Shown here: positions 1 through 11,447 of the stretch, in pieces
Numbering within the stretch: the stretch's first letter is position 1
Layout: every line of letters starts with the position of its first letter
DNA from: Eukaryota sp. TZLM1-RC
Taxonomy: Eukaryota > Protista > Metamonada: BaSk clade
Direction: 5' to 3'
Length of the DNA stretch: 64,000 nucleotides
Assembly (NCBI GenBank): GCA_040285825.1
Contig: JAUPSS010000001.1
Coordinates: 2,108,001-2,172,000 of the forward strand
Made by a program: the position numbers and the translations under genes
Notes under the pieces: generated by a model
Databases searched by the model: none
The model's input: only the letters and a program-made list of their open reading frames with translations
Told to the model about the DNA's origin: nothing

Positions 1-329
1 AGCATTTGTCTTCAAAAATTTTACTTAATTTCTCGGATGATTGATTTCTCGGCGCTATATTAGTTAAATTTTCGGAATTATTTACAAAATTTTGTTCAAA
101 AGGAGGACAAAAAGAACCAAAAAATTCCCAAATAATATTGATAGCATACTTTCCTTTACATAATTGATCCAAAAATCTTTGAAAAACGAAAGCAAATTCA
201 TTGCATTTGGTCGGATGAATTTCTTGAGGTATTCTTATGGGAGGATGGTAGTTATCAACTATGCGGCATTTCAAGCATCGATCAGAAGTTTTTCCTTTTG
301 CATTTTTTCTAAAAGAAATACCACAATTG

Positions 330-780
330 TTGCAAGTTTTGTGCTTCAATCGATTGCTAACTAATTTTGCAACAACTTGTGGAGCATCATTTATGGGTTC
401 TACATTAGACTCTTTTCTTCTAATAAATTTTCTTTTACATTTTGTTTCAGAATTTGCCACATTATATTTTCCAACATTGGGGCATGTTCGAGCATTATGT
501 CCTTGTTGTCGACACTTTGAGCATCTGTAGGTGCGTGGCTTTGTTTTTGAACAAACTTTGTTTTCATTGTGATTTTCTAAAAATTCTTGATCAGAATTTT
601 TTTTTCTCCAAAAATGAAGAGAGAAGAGGTTGAGGAGGAGAGGTGGAAAGGACGTCTTGAGCATTTTGTTGTCTATCGTTCTTTCTTTTGACTCCATTAG
701 AATCAGAAACTGATTCAGGCATCATCAAGAAAGAATAGAAGCAATGATCGCGGTTCAGCCAGGTTGTAAGTTAAACGGTT
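330..780 (-). mobile_element. 5' end relic of a non-LTR (CRE/R2-like) retroelement with CCHC zinc knuckle
   Basis: Minus strand encodes RTYRCSKCRQQGHNARTCP (CX2CX4HX4C). The leader/start at 660-780 is homologous to 50110-50245, which is joined to an RLE 3' end. Interrupted by stops. Confidence 0.55.
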
Positions 781-2106
781 ATATGTAGAGGAAGGAAAAA
801 AAATGATTCTTTTGATTGAGCTCATTTGCTGCATTGGCTCAAAATTGTTAAGTTAAGATTTGTAGTTGATTTGAAGCAGAAGGTATGAGATTGCTACACC
901 AATTAATTTTATCTAACCACTAAACCAACAGAGTTGCTGATATATGAGTCTATCTTTTGATGAATTATTGAAGGGCCAACATCGCAATTTTGATCCTAAA
1001 TTTCTGTTGAAATGTTATCAAATATTGTTTTAAACTTTGAAGTAATATGTTTGTTTTTCCGGTCTAGCATTCCTATTAGAGGTTTTTTCAAATTCCTGAT
1101 AGAAAAACTATAAAAACTTTAATGTATTTTAAAACTCCTGTAAGGAGAATCACCAACTGTTGTGAAAAATCATTGAATTATATTTGCTAATTCAAGGCTT
1201 AAATTTGACTCTTCTATTTGTGTATTTACTTGCATTTATTCATGTGGTTCTGATACAGTTATAGCAGAATACAAGTACTACTTTGGCAACAAACTATATG
1301 GCACACAACATTGTGAAAACATGATCAACAATGAAACCCAACTGTTGGTTAATGTATGAGGCCAGAAATTATCTTTCACTTGGAATGGAAAAATGATAGT
1401 GTATAAATTTGACTTGTTGTTTGCACAATCCTAATTTTTTTTTCCACGGAGTTTTTTCTTTGTTTTGAATGATTCCATCTGTGAGGAAAATAGGTGGAAT
1501 TTTTGGGATTGTTTAATAAAAATCAATTTTATTTGTACCACTGCTTTTTCTGTACCTAAAAATTGAAGATAGTGTAAATTAACTATTTGTTCAAAAACTT
1601 AGTTATTAACGTGTCAAAATCCTGAAATTTCTTGTTACGAGCTGCTGTTACATTATCTACCATCTTTGTCCATCCTGACAAAACAAAATCTGTTTCTGAG
1701 GCCTGGTGATGAAAATCGTTTATACAAATCGCAGTTTATCCTTGAACCACAAACTGGAAAGTGGCAAAAGTTTTTGTCTGTGTAGTTGTTGGTATAATGA
1801 TAGAAAACATATAGAATAATGATTCATTACAGCTGTTTAATTAGTGGTGATTGTTCCGGAACTGTAACATTTGAATGTGGAAGTTAGACCTATTTGAGTT
1901 GAGAATTCACAGGTGGAAAAACAATTTTGGGATTTTTTCACAACATCCCATATTTCTTTGTTCCCAATCTTATTTGTTCCCACTTTTTTTTCCACCCGGT
2001 TTTTCTTAAATCACGGTACCGTGTTTCCTGAAATGTTGGGCGAATTGGGTGATCAGAATAACATTTCCCAAAAAATAAGTGCGCAATACTTCCTCAGGTC
2101 GACAGT

Positions 2107-2188
2107 GCGAGGATGGCCGAGCGGTTAAGGCGCTTGTCTAGAAAACAAGTGGGGTTTCCCCGCGTGAGTTCGAATCTCACTTCTCGCG
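2107..2188 (+). tRNA. tRNA-Ser(AGA)
   Basis: Acceptor GCGAGGA/TTCTCGC with discriminator G; D arm TGGCCGAGCGGTTAAGGCG; anticodon stem CTTGT-CTAGAAA-ACAAG; long variable arm; T arm GTGAG-TTCGAAT-CTCAC; T-run follows. Confidence 0.95.
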
Positions 2189-3225
2189 GATTTTGCAAAA
2201 TCAAATTGAAATGTATAGCTTTTTGGGGAGGTGTTGGTAAAGGGAATGTTTGGCGCAACAGTTTCTCCCACTAATATAAACAGTTTTAAACAAATAGTTG
2301 CCTTAGGGAAAATAACAGCCGCGTTATTCGATGCTAATAATACCTAATAGTAAATAAAATTATTTCAAAAACAGGGAGAGATGTTAAATAAATTATCTTC
2401 CTTTCTTATATCATCAAAATTTCTGCAAAATCCTGACGAGTGGAAACAAAACCGTTTATGAAATGTGGTCATCAATTATCAGGATCTTGATGATACCGAA
2501 TGTAGTTGTACATTATCTACAAGTAGCCGCCAGTAGCACCAAGTAGCATATGGATTACAAATTCATAACAGGGTAAGTATTTGGCACATTCATTTGCACT
2601 AAATTATTGTTTGTTCCCCTTTTTTCCACCAAATTTTGTCTTTAACAGAAAACAAAATCAGACAAAAATGGAAATAAGAACAGGTGTTGGCCATGAGTCG
2701 AGTCTTGTGTGCCTCATTTTGAATCATAAAGCAAAACAAATAAATAAATGATGAATAAGGAAAAGTTGAATCTCATTCAACACTCCCAACAAAGAAACCT
2801 CCAGTGAAAGGTCACTATATATCAATTGTTCTGAAAGGTGGTTTTTTGAATATAGATCAGTTTTATTTGTTTTTTCTTCATGATCTACAATTGTTTTGTC
2901 AGAAAATTGCCAAAATTCTTCTCTGAAATTTACTGCTGAAAATAGCAGGGTTGAAATTGAATAATTTTCTGCCAAATTCTTCAGCAATATTAAGAAAGCA
3001 ACGTTGCAATAAGTTAAGGTTTTGGTTGAGTTTTAAAATGTGTCTGTTCCAGGAATAAAAATCATATTCAATGTGTAAAAAACTCAAATTAATGTTTGAG
3101 ACAAATAAAATTAAGAAAAATTAAGAGTTTTATTATTCAAAAACTCAACTCGCTATTATACACTTTGCAAAACAAGAAACAAATCAATAATGAAATTAAA
3201 TAAATTACAAAACAAAAAAACCACC

Positions 3226-4836
3226 TCACCTTCTTCTATAACCTTCTAAATTTAACTCAATAACTCTTTCTATTCTTTTAATCGCTGACTCACTTAAACT
3301 AAACCGTTGTCCAACGTCTGAAGCTAAATACCCAGCAGAATCACCCTCTCTTACTTCCAACTCCACTACGGAGCTTCCTTCGTGACCAAGGGCTTTTAAT
3401 CTTCTTGAACCAACATCAATTTCCAAAACGAATAAAACCGGTCGTGAGAGTCGGGTGTTGTGATCAATCAAAGCATGATTGATTGATTGAAAAACTGCCG
3501 CTTTCTGCTCATCACCCAAATGGAATGTCTTGGCAAACGATTCAGTCAACTGATGGGGGTCGTCACCATCTCTGACAGTCAGATTCACAACCCTAGTCTT
3601 GTCTATTAATATTTTCAATGTTATTCCAGGTAAATGACGCTTTTCAACTCTACTTTTGGCCACTTTTTCTGTGGCAAATACAAAAGGTCGAGTTGACGTC
3701 ACTTGTTTGACTTCATTTGACTGCTTGACTTCATTTGACTTCTTTCCCAAAACAGCAAGTCGTGATTGGATAGCTGACACTATTTTAGGAACGCTGCTAT
3801 TCCCCAATTTAAAAGCTTTTGCAAATAGAGTCGCCAGGTGTGTTATGGAATCACCATTACAAACCTCAACTTGACCTACTCGGCCATCAGCCAACTGCAG
3901 GGAAAGTGTAACAGATTTTTTAGTGGGTTTAATTACTGTACTTCTTTGGTGTAATTTCAATGATTTACTGCTGCCAAGTAATGACGTGGCATTTCCAAAA
4001 GATGTTGTATTAGACAGTGATGACGTGGGTGTTTTTGATGACGTGGCAGTTTTGAGTGTTGATGTCAGAGCATGAGTGGTGACCAATGGAACTCCATCAT
4101 TAAGACTAATCTTTGAAACTTCCTCCTGGCCAAATGAACTAGATCTGGGTGACCACACCCCTGAGACAGTGGTCATTAGAGGATTTGTAGTAATGGATGT
4201 AGGGGTATTGGCAGTGGGGCAGGGAGGAGATGGACACGGCGAGATTGTACTTATGGTTGAGTGAGATGGACTGGATGGAGATGGAGAGGAAGGCGGGGAA
4301 GAAGAAGGTCGTTGAGGTAGAGAGCCAAGAAAGGAGGATAGGCGCAAGGAGAGAACTCGTAGAAAGACTGAGGTATTGGAAGGATTAAAAAGAAGCTGAA
4401 AGACACCAAGATTGGTAGAGACCTGTTCTGCTTGATGTGCTACCTGCTCTCTTTGCTGAGGGTTAAGGAGATCAGCCTTAGTGCCAACAAGCAGCATAAT
4501 ACCCGCACCAGCACGTCTAGCACGGGGTATCCATTTGGTAGAAGCTTGAGAAAGTGTATAAGGGTTTGTGGCATCGTATAGAATAATGGCAACAATAACA
4601 TTGGAGAAAAAAAGAGAAGCATTGTTACCTCCATCGACCAAGTCTGAATCAGAGTCCCAAATGTCAAGAGTATAGTCTGAAATGGCCAAAGAGTAGCGAT
4701 TGAAAGTTGATGAGCTTTTAGGAGACGAGGAACCCGTTATGTTGGTGACAAATGTTGTTTTACCGACAGAGATTTCCCCAAGCAAGATGGTTTTTATGGA
4801 AGACGATGGTGAGTATGAAGAAGAGTTGGGTGTCAT
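3226..4836 (-). CDS. Rab-like small GTPase domain + Ser/Pro-rich linker + three repeated ~50-aa C-terminal modules
   Basis: 536-aa ORF; G1 GEISVGKT, degenerate G3 WDSDSD, ILYDAT, G4 GTKADL; repeats of the form L.I....l.V..GD....LA..F...F.L. Confidence 0.8.
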   Translation of the reverse strand: MTPNSSSYSPSSSIKTILLGEISVGKTTFVTNITGSSSPKSSSTFNRYSLAISDYTLDIWDSDSDLVDGGNNASLFFSNVIVAIILYDATNPYTLSQASTKWIPRARRAGAGIMLLVGTKADLLNPQQREQVAHQAEQVSTNLGVFQLLFNPSNTSVFLRVLSLRLSSFLGSLPQRPSSSPPSSPSPSSPSHSTISTISPCPSPPCPTANTPTSITTNPLMTTVSGVWSPRSSSFGQEEVSKISLNDGVPLVTTHALTSTLKTATSSKTPTSSLSNTTSFGNATSLLGSSKSLKLHQRSTVIKPTKKSVTLSLQLADGRVGQVEVCNGDSITHLATLFAKAFKLGNSSVPKIVSAIQSRLAVLGKKSNEVKQSNEVKQVTSTRPFVFATEKVAKSRVEKRHLPGITLKILIDKTRVVNLTVRDGDDPHQLTESFAKTFHLGDEQKAAVFQSINHALIDHNTRLSRPVLFVLEIDVGSRRLKALGHEGSSVVELEVREGDSAGYLASDVGQRFSLSESAIKRIERVIELNLEGYRRR

Positions 4837-4989
4837 CAGTTATTGGACTCACCAGGGTAGCTGCTTTTTTTGAACGCGGAGTTTCAAAACACAAAGAATA
4901 GCTGCAGGATTAATCAGAAATGCTTTCATTCTGAGAATTTCTCACCAACACTGATGTAAACATCTCAGCACCAAGGGTTAGTATACACT

Positions 4990-5830
4990 AATCACCTTGG
5001 AAATACGTTGATGAAAACAGCTACTGCAATTCACTTTTGCTGGGGTCATAAACTCGTCCCCCACTTTCACGTTTTCAAAGTGTTTTTGGATTTGTTTGAG
5101 AAATTTATTTTAGGGGATTTCACAGCTTGACGAGATGGACCACCGCAACCATTATCGAACCAAACTATAGTGTTTCTTCCTTCAGACAAGCGTTTAATTT
5201 TGTTAATATAACTAGTTAGTCTCTTTTGTCTTCATGCAAAAAATCAAACTTATTTCTTTTAAGTTTTTTTCTTGCACCAAGCTGCAGGTTTCCACACATA
5301 AATGAAGAATATTCAGGCCCTTCCTCATACAGGAACATAAATTAAATTTATTTCAGTCAGATACTCTTGGAAGCTCTGAGCGGAACAATTAATAGAAGTC
5401 TCTTGAGTGAGAGAAGGAGGGTGATTTGATTTTCGTTGACTTTTGGATTTAACAGCAAGCCAAAACCCTCAAACACATGTGCATAATTTCGGAAAGAACC
5501 AGCAGTCGAACCATAAAGATTGCTGTGGTTGGGATCAATGGCTACAAAAAAACAAATTATCATCAGGATCTCGATAATTGGGCTGTTCATCCACTGGTAA
5601 CCGTGGTCTCCGCTGTGGATTAGCTTTTCTTGGACATTACATTTTGCTTTCCTTTCAGAGTTATGAACATCATAATTTCCAGAGGCACGACTCAAATTCC
5701 GCTTTAGTCGGGCGACTTTATATATTCCTTGCATTCTGGGTGATCATGAACCGCAAACAATAATTATTTGCAAAAGCAGGATTTTGTTGCTTAGCCGTGC
5801 CAAGTCGAACAATAAAATTTTTACTTTCAA
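4990..5830 (-). pseudogene. Degraded Fanzor1 (TnpB-family) nuclease relic
   Basis: Manual multi-frame translation gives RuvC-I-like FVAIDPNHSNLYG (~5530), then KIKRLSEGRNTIVWFDNGCGGPSRQAVKSPKNKFLKQIQKHFENVKV, RuvC-II DEFMT (~5050) and CSSC; several frameshifts and stops. Confidence 0.65.
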
Positions 5831-7139
5831 ATATTTTCAACAGATGTTTTTGGAGTTTCTTCAGCGGAATTTTGTTGTGTGGATACCATTTTTTATTCGC
5901 CTATTTGAATTTCATTGTGTCACTTTTTTTAGTTCTTTCTAACTTATCACACCATTTAAATTCAGAAACTATTATCGTATTAACTTTGCATCATGCTTTT
6001 TAGTTTTGAATAGCTTAATACAAAATGGTGCAAAGAATAGTTGTTTAGTTTATTTATAAAAAGTAATGAACCAGACCATCAGTAATTGGAAGGGAATGTG
6101 TAGTTATTAGAAATATCAACACTGCAGCCATCAAGTCAACACAATAAAGTTTGAAATAAATTCTTAATTTAAAAGTTAATTGGCCATTTCCTAGAGGTAA
6201 AAATACAAGATCAGTTTGTTAGAAGCTGAATTCACAACAAACAATAATAATACAGCATCTCTTATCAAATCTCTTCATTGAAGAACCATCCAACCAAAAA
6301 AAACTGCTTAATAATTTCCACTTTGACTGATCATCCATTTCAACAAGACTGTGTCTAAAAATATTGTTAACAAATGAACAAAACAATGACAAAACTGATG
6401 TAAATACGAAATTTAAGATTGGCTGTTAATGGCAATTGAAACGGTTCCAAGATGATGAAACATTTTAAGAAAATTGCGAAGGACAAAGAAAAACATGCAC
6501 ACCCGGAGTCACAATACACTGTTGAGTTTTCTCAAAAGGGTAAACACTTTACGCTTTGACTTTTACCAAGGACCAAATGACTATGGAGAGCACGCAATTT
6601 TGTATCTTCTGATGCAGTCTTCTTTGTAGAGATAATGTCTTTGTAAAGGATGTCTGATAAGGTGAATGGCATAGAAAAGTTGACAATGAGTGGAAAAAAT
6701 TGACCCAGTCTAAAAGAAGACCATAGATTTGAGGAATTTGAGCAATTAAACATGAAGAGGAACTGTTTTGGGCTTACAGTTACATTCATTAATCAGAATT
6801 ACAATTTGTCTATTTTTTGAATTAATTTTACACGTATCAACCATTTCAAAAAGTCTTGAAATGTAATGACCCTCGATTATCAAGTAAGTTGTTTTGAAGA
6901 TATTAATTTTTTGTGACTAATTACTAGTGTTACACAGACGCTTTCAAACAAGTCTGCGTCAGTCTGTTTTTGAACAGACGCAGCATGAGATTGGTGGTTG
7001 CAAATATAGTTCCGCCTGTAAACAAAAGTTCCAAAGACGAATGTTTCGTAATAAACTCAATGGTATATCCTTATTGCTGACAAACTTCACCATTTTGCGA
7101 TTAAGTGTAAAGATTGGTGATAAAACAAAGTAAACAATG

Positions 7140-7182
7140 TTGACTTTTGTTGACTTTTGGTGACTTTTGTTGACTCGACTTT
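7140..7182. repeat. Short tandem repeat (TGACTTTTG[T/G])n
   Basis: tgacttttgt tgacttttgg tgacttttgt tgactcgacttttt. Confidence 0.8.
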
Positions 7183-7559
7183 TGGAAGGATTGCGAACTC
7201 TGAAGCTGTTGTTGACTTTGTTTTGGCTTAATGAATTTCATCCCGTAAGTCTATTTTTGTTAAGTGTGGAAGTTCAATAAATGGATAAGTTTTTGGAATT
7301 TGGTTTTTCTCACATTTTACCTAGTTGAATCTTGACAATATTTATTTATCGAAAAATTCACAGAATAAACTCATAAATTTGTTAAATAAATAATAAATTT
7401 ATTAGTGAACATCAGTAACAGGAAAAACTACAAAAGGATGATGTGTTAGGTGAAAAGTTCAACTATTTATGGAACTCTTTGGCGCAACATTATATTCGAA
7501 CAGAAAACTACTGGATTGGTAACTGGTAATCAATTGTACATCTGTATCTCCGTGGAGAA

Positions 7560-7900
7560 GGAGTTCCAATTCTGACATTCAACATTTACTCACAGTTGCA
7601 GAACAAACACAAAATAGAAATCAAAAATAGTTCATGTTCAACGTCTCAATGAAGCAAGAGGCAGAAATATTAGATTAGTTCCAATTGCGATTTAAATTTT
7701 TGGTACTATTGGAAATGAAGGTGTAATCAGTTGAGATGATTTAGGAAAACTTCTCAAAGAAGGTGGTCGCACATTTGATTTTCTGTTTTGGAAGAACAGA
7801 ATTGTTTTTTCGTTATTGAAAGCTCTTCCTCGTTTTATCAGCTCCTTTTTGAATAACTTTACGGAGTTCAATCAAAAGCGAATTACTATCAAGTGAATAA
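7560..7900 (+). mobile_element. RLE non-LTR retroposon 3' fragment
   Basis: Encodes LVPIAI*IFGTIGNEG...FDFLFWKNRIVFSLLKALP, matching the other RLE C-terminal fragments in this window. Confidence 0.6.
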
Positions 7901-8075
7901 CGAAAATCTCTCATCATTCAATTGATCGGGGTTCTAGTAGGTAAAAAATTTAGTTCAGGTTGTTGGTTGAGTTTTAAGGATGGTTGTTCCAGGAATAAAC
8001 TATTTGATTGAAAATGAAAATGAAAAATGAGTTTATTAGGAGCATTATTCAGTATTTTGCAAAATTGGTGAATTG

Positions 8076-8112
8076 CCATTCCCATTCCCATTCCCATTCC
8101 CACCCCATTCCC
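8076..8112. repeat. (CCATTC)n microsatellite
   Basis: ccattcccattcccattcccattcccaccccattccc. Confidence 0.85.
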
Positions 8113-8347
8113 AATTCTCAAAATCCATGCCGTTTAACACCGATCATTTTTTTTCTGATGTCAATTTACTTCAACTTAAGGTTCCAGCTTCCGAAGATAC
8201 AAAGGTGCGTGCTCTAGATGCTCTATCCTCCATTAGTACTACCCAAGCTAATGTGGCACGATTCTATCGTACAATCAAGTACAATCAAGAATTAATTTTG
8301 ATAACAGCGGTTCTAAAAATGGCCACTTAGACAAGGCTGAGTTGATT

Positions 8348-8948
8348 CTAATTCTTTTCTGTTGATTCTAATTGTCTCTTCAGTAATAACTGATCCTTTT
8401 CTGAGCTCTTCTTCCACTCATCTTTATAATTTTCAAGTTTTTCAATCCATTCCGCGTCCTTTGAACTACAAATATTTGTCAGCTGAGACTTGACACTTGT
8501 CAGCTCAGAGAACAGCTCAGTGACACGTGTTTCTGCTGAATTCAACTGACTTTTGTAATTTTGCGCTTCCTTTTGAATTTGTTGAAATTCAGTTTCTAAA
8601 ATATTATTTTCAGCCACTTGATTAGTTAATTCCAAATCCTTTTCATTAATTTCAGACATTAACTGGGAATTTCGGAATCTTAACTTTGAAATTTCAGTTT
8701 CCAGTTTAGACAGAGGACTGTAGTTGAGATTCAATTGAGGTAAGTTCTGCATTGATATCATGGCGAAGGTCATTGAGATCAGAACGAAGCGAGAACGCAT
8801 TTGAAACCTTCTGGAGTGTGTCTGGAGCGAAAAATACATCACTTACTTGTGGAAGAGGAAGATTATGTGATTTGCAGTAGTTTTGATAAGTAGTGATTGT
8901 GTGTTTAAGCTGAATCACCTTGGTTTGTAAAGAATTGAGTTTAGACAT
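8348..8948 (-). CDS. Coiled-coil protein (~200 aa, one frameshift near 8710), divergent from Fanzor; possibly element cargo
   Basis: ORFs 8706-8948 and 8348-8842 join with a 1-nt shift into a heptad-rich E/K/L/Q/S sequence. Confidence 0.5.
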
Positions 8949-9205
8949 CGGCTAATAACACAAAACGTCAAACAGTGGTAACCTGTTGAGATTGATGGAG
9001 GACGTGGATAAAATGAACTGAGATGCTGAACTACTCAGTTGGAGAATTCTTACAAAGTAAATGGAAAGTGAGGGGAAAGTGTGGGAATAGTGAAAACCTC
9101 CCAAAACCAAGTTGAGGGTTAAAAACCTCCCAGAACAGGCAACCAGAAGTCGAAAATGGGGTGACAAGTGTAAAATTTGATAGATGAGCTGTTTATTCTC
9201 ACTAC

Positions 9206-11161
9206 ATGACAGACACCCACTCTGTGGCACGTGTATTCACTCGGTCTTGTGCACTTAACTCTCTGCTGACCCCTGCAGCGGTGCAACAAATTCGGACTGA
9301 CCTTCCTGTGGTCACCGAGATTTGTCATGAAGCTTCTTTATTACTTCAATCTTTTCTTCTAAATTTTCCGTTGGCATCTAGAGCTTTAGTGGAACAGGAT
9401 GTATGGTATCTGTTTATGACCGTCATCACCACTGGTTCTTTTCCTAAGCCTTCCACTTCTAAAGGCCAACGCCAATTACTCCATATCTTTTACAATGGAT
9501 TTCTTCCTGAATGCCCCCAAGACAGGTCTCTTGTTTCTGTGTGGGAAAATTCTTTAGTGCCTTACAGAAATTCATTCAATCTTTTCCTCAATGATTGGCT
9601 GCAGTCCCAGAACTGTAATTTTATCAATAGAAAAGGGCTTTCTTCTTATCTTGCCTGTCGTGCTCGTCAATTGGCCTCCAACGTTAAGACATGTTTACCC
9701 AAAATTTGTCAATCCTGGACAAAAAACTTTATTCGTGCTCATTGTAGAGCCCTGAATAAAACAAATGTCTTTGCAAATAATATTCTTTCACTTTTGCCAG
9801 ATGAACTACTAGCCCAACCCGAGGAAGTAGTAGTTGATTCTGTTCTTGAATACCTCATCAATTTCAATTTGAATAATTCAAGAGAAAGATTTTTTTATTG
9901 AATGCATGTAGGTTTATCTTGAATCTCTTTCAAAGATTTCCTACCACTGCCTCCCTACTGTCCTCACATGATAAAATCACTTTTTCATCAAAGGAAATTA
10001 GTGAGCTTTTTCTCTTCAATCTTAAAATTTCACAATACTTACTCACTTTCTTTTCTCATATGCATTGCTGGAAGAAATTTAGAATAATACCTTTAGCTTC
10101 TCATAAAGGTTCTAAATTTATTGAGGTACCTTCACAAATTTTCCACTCTGTGAAAAAATTTCCAATTATTGAAGGATCATCTTCCAAAACAAAGTTTATC
10201 AAAAATACATGTCTGAAACGAGTATTCAAACAATGTCCTTACCAAAAATTCAATATCAACAGAAAAAGTTTGAAAAATAGATTTAACAAAATTTTATTGA
10301 AAACTAATGGTAATGAACTGCTTTTGACCTTTGAAGGTAAAAATAATGACTCAGAAAACACAGATGAGCTGGATGAACCACCGAAAAAGAAAAGAAGATC
10401 AAAAAGTGAAATGAAAAGTGACCCTAATGCCAACAAAACCAGAGAAACACAGTTGAAGGGTACTAAAAAAATGCCCCGTCGAAGACGTAGACATCCAGTC
10501 GAAATTTTACCTGAAAGGCCCCTTATTGGTGTTGATCTGGGCCAATCAAGATTATGTGGTTACTTCTTAAATGATAATCAATGTGGAGTTATCCCTTGTC
10601 CAACTGGCAGAAGATACATGACAAAAAATTCACCCAGTAAACACTCTCCCAACCAATATTCCGTTCAAAATTTCAACCAATATTTGAACCATTGGAATTT
10701 GGTCAGGAGGAAAGTGTATTTGGAAAGTAATCGCCAGAAATGGAAAATAATTAAATTTGATAACCGCAGACGAAAAGAGAGACGGTTCAGAGAGAGTCTC
10801 AACAAATTTCAAAGTCTGGCTGGACATCCTGAAAAACTCTATCTTGCTGTGGGTTCTGCTAATTTCCCTTCTCATTGCCGAAAAGTCAATCGATATGGAT
10901 CAGCAAGGGCTTTCAGAAAATGGTTGTGTTATCAAAAGGACGTGAAGCACTTGTCAACCAGTGAATTTAATACAAGCAAAATGTCAAGTTGTTGCATGGC
11001 CGAGAATATTCAAGCAGGCTCATGGCAGATGCGTATTTGTACTGAGTGTCAAATAGTATATGACAGAGATATTTCCGCTGCAAAAAAATATTCAAATTAA
11101 GAAGAAAGCGGAATTGTGGCCGGAAAGATACATTTGCCCAGATGCTCTGCTGAGGAGATGA
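9206..11161 (+). CDS. Fanzor1 RNA-guided endonuclease (~651 aa after correcting two homopolymer frameshifts)
   Basis: RuvC-I LIGVDLG, LYLAVGSANF, RuvC-II SEFNTSKMSSCC, Zn finger CTEC, RuvC-III RDISAAK(NI); Fanzor1-type N-terminus; NLS-like PPKKKRR and PRRRRR. Adding one T at 9890-9896 and removing one A at 11082-11088 gives one ORF ending TGA at 11161. Confidence 0.85.
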
Positions 11162-11262
11162 ATAGGGAACGTGAGCATACAGAAACAAAAACTTTTGAGA
11201 CCGATCTACAAATACCTTAGTAGCATTTGGTAGATCCACTTAGATACATCAAGTCGCGAGGC
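11162..11262 (+). ncRNA. Putative Fanzor omegaRNA scaffold / right end plus guide
   Basis: Hairpin GATCTAC-AAAT...ATTT-G-GTAGATC (11203-11236) directly downstream of the Fanzor stop, followed by CACTTAG. Position is typical of omegaRNA; transcription not shown. Confidence 0.45.
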
Positions 11263-11447
11263 TTTGTTCTGTGAATGCAGTAGGTGTATTTAAGTGAGGT
11301 AGCCCATTGATGAAGATCATGATTGTCTTTGTCAAATGATGCTACATGTCTCTTACAGCCTGTGAGTAGACATTGAGAAAGTTGAAAACAGGAGTGAATT
11401 TCACAGGGGAATGCATGATAAGTGAAATTCACAGTTATTTTCCTATA

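Noticed and set aside
6928-7419. Possible solo LTR (TGTTAC...GTAACA)
   Set aside because: No matching TSD and no second copy in the window.
6588-8215. Short shared peptides/sequences (ASEDTK.RAL at ~6600 and ~8190; GTTCCAGGAATAAA at ~3046 and ~7987)
   Set aside because: Appear to be decayed dispersed repeats; too short to assign.
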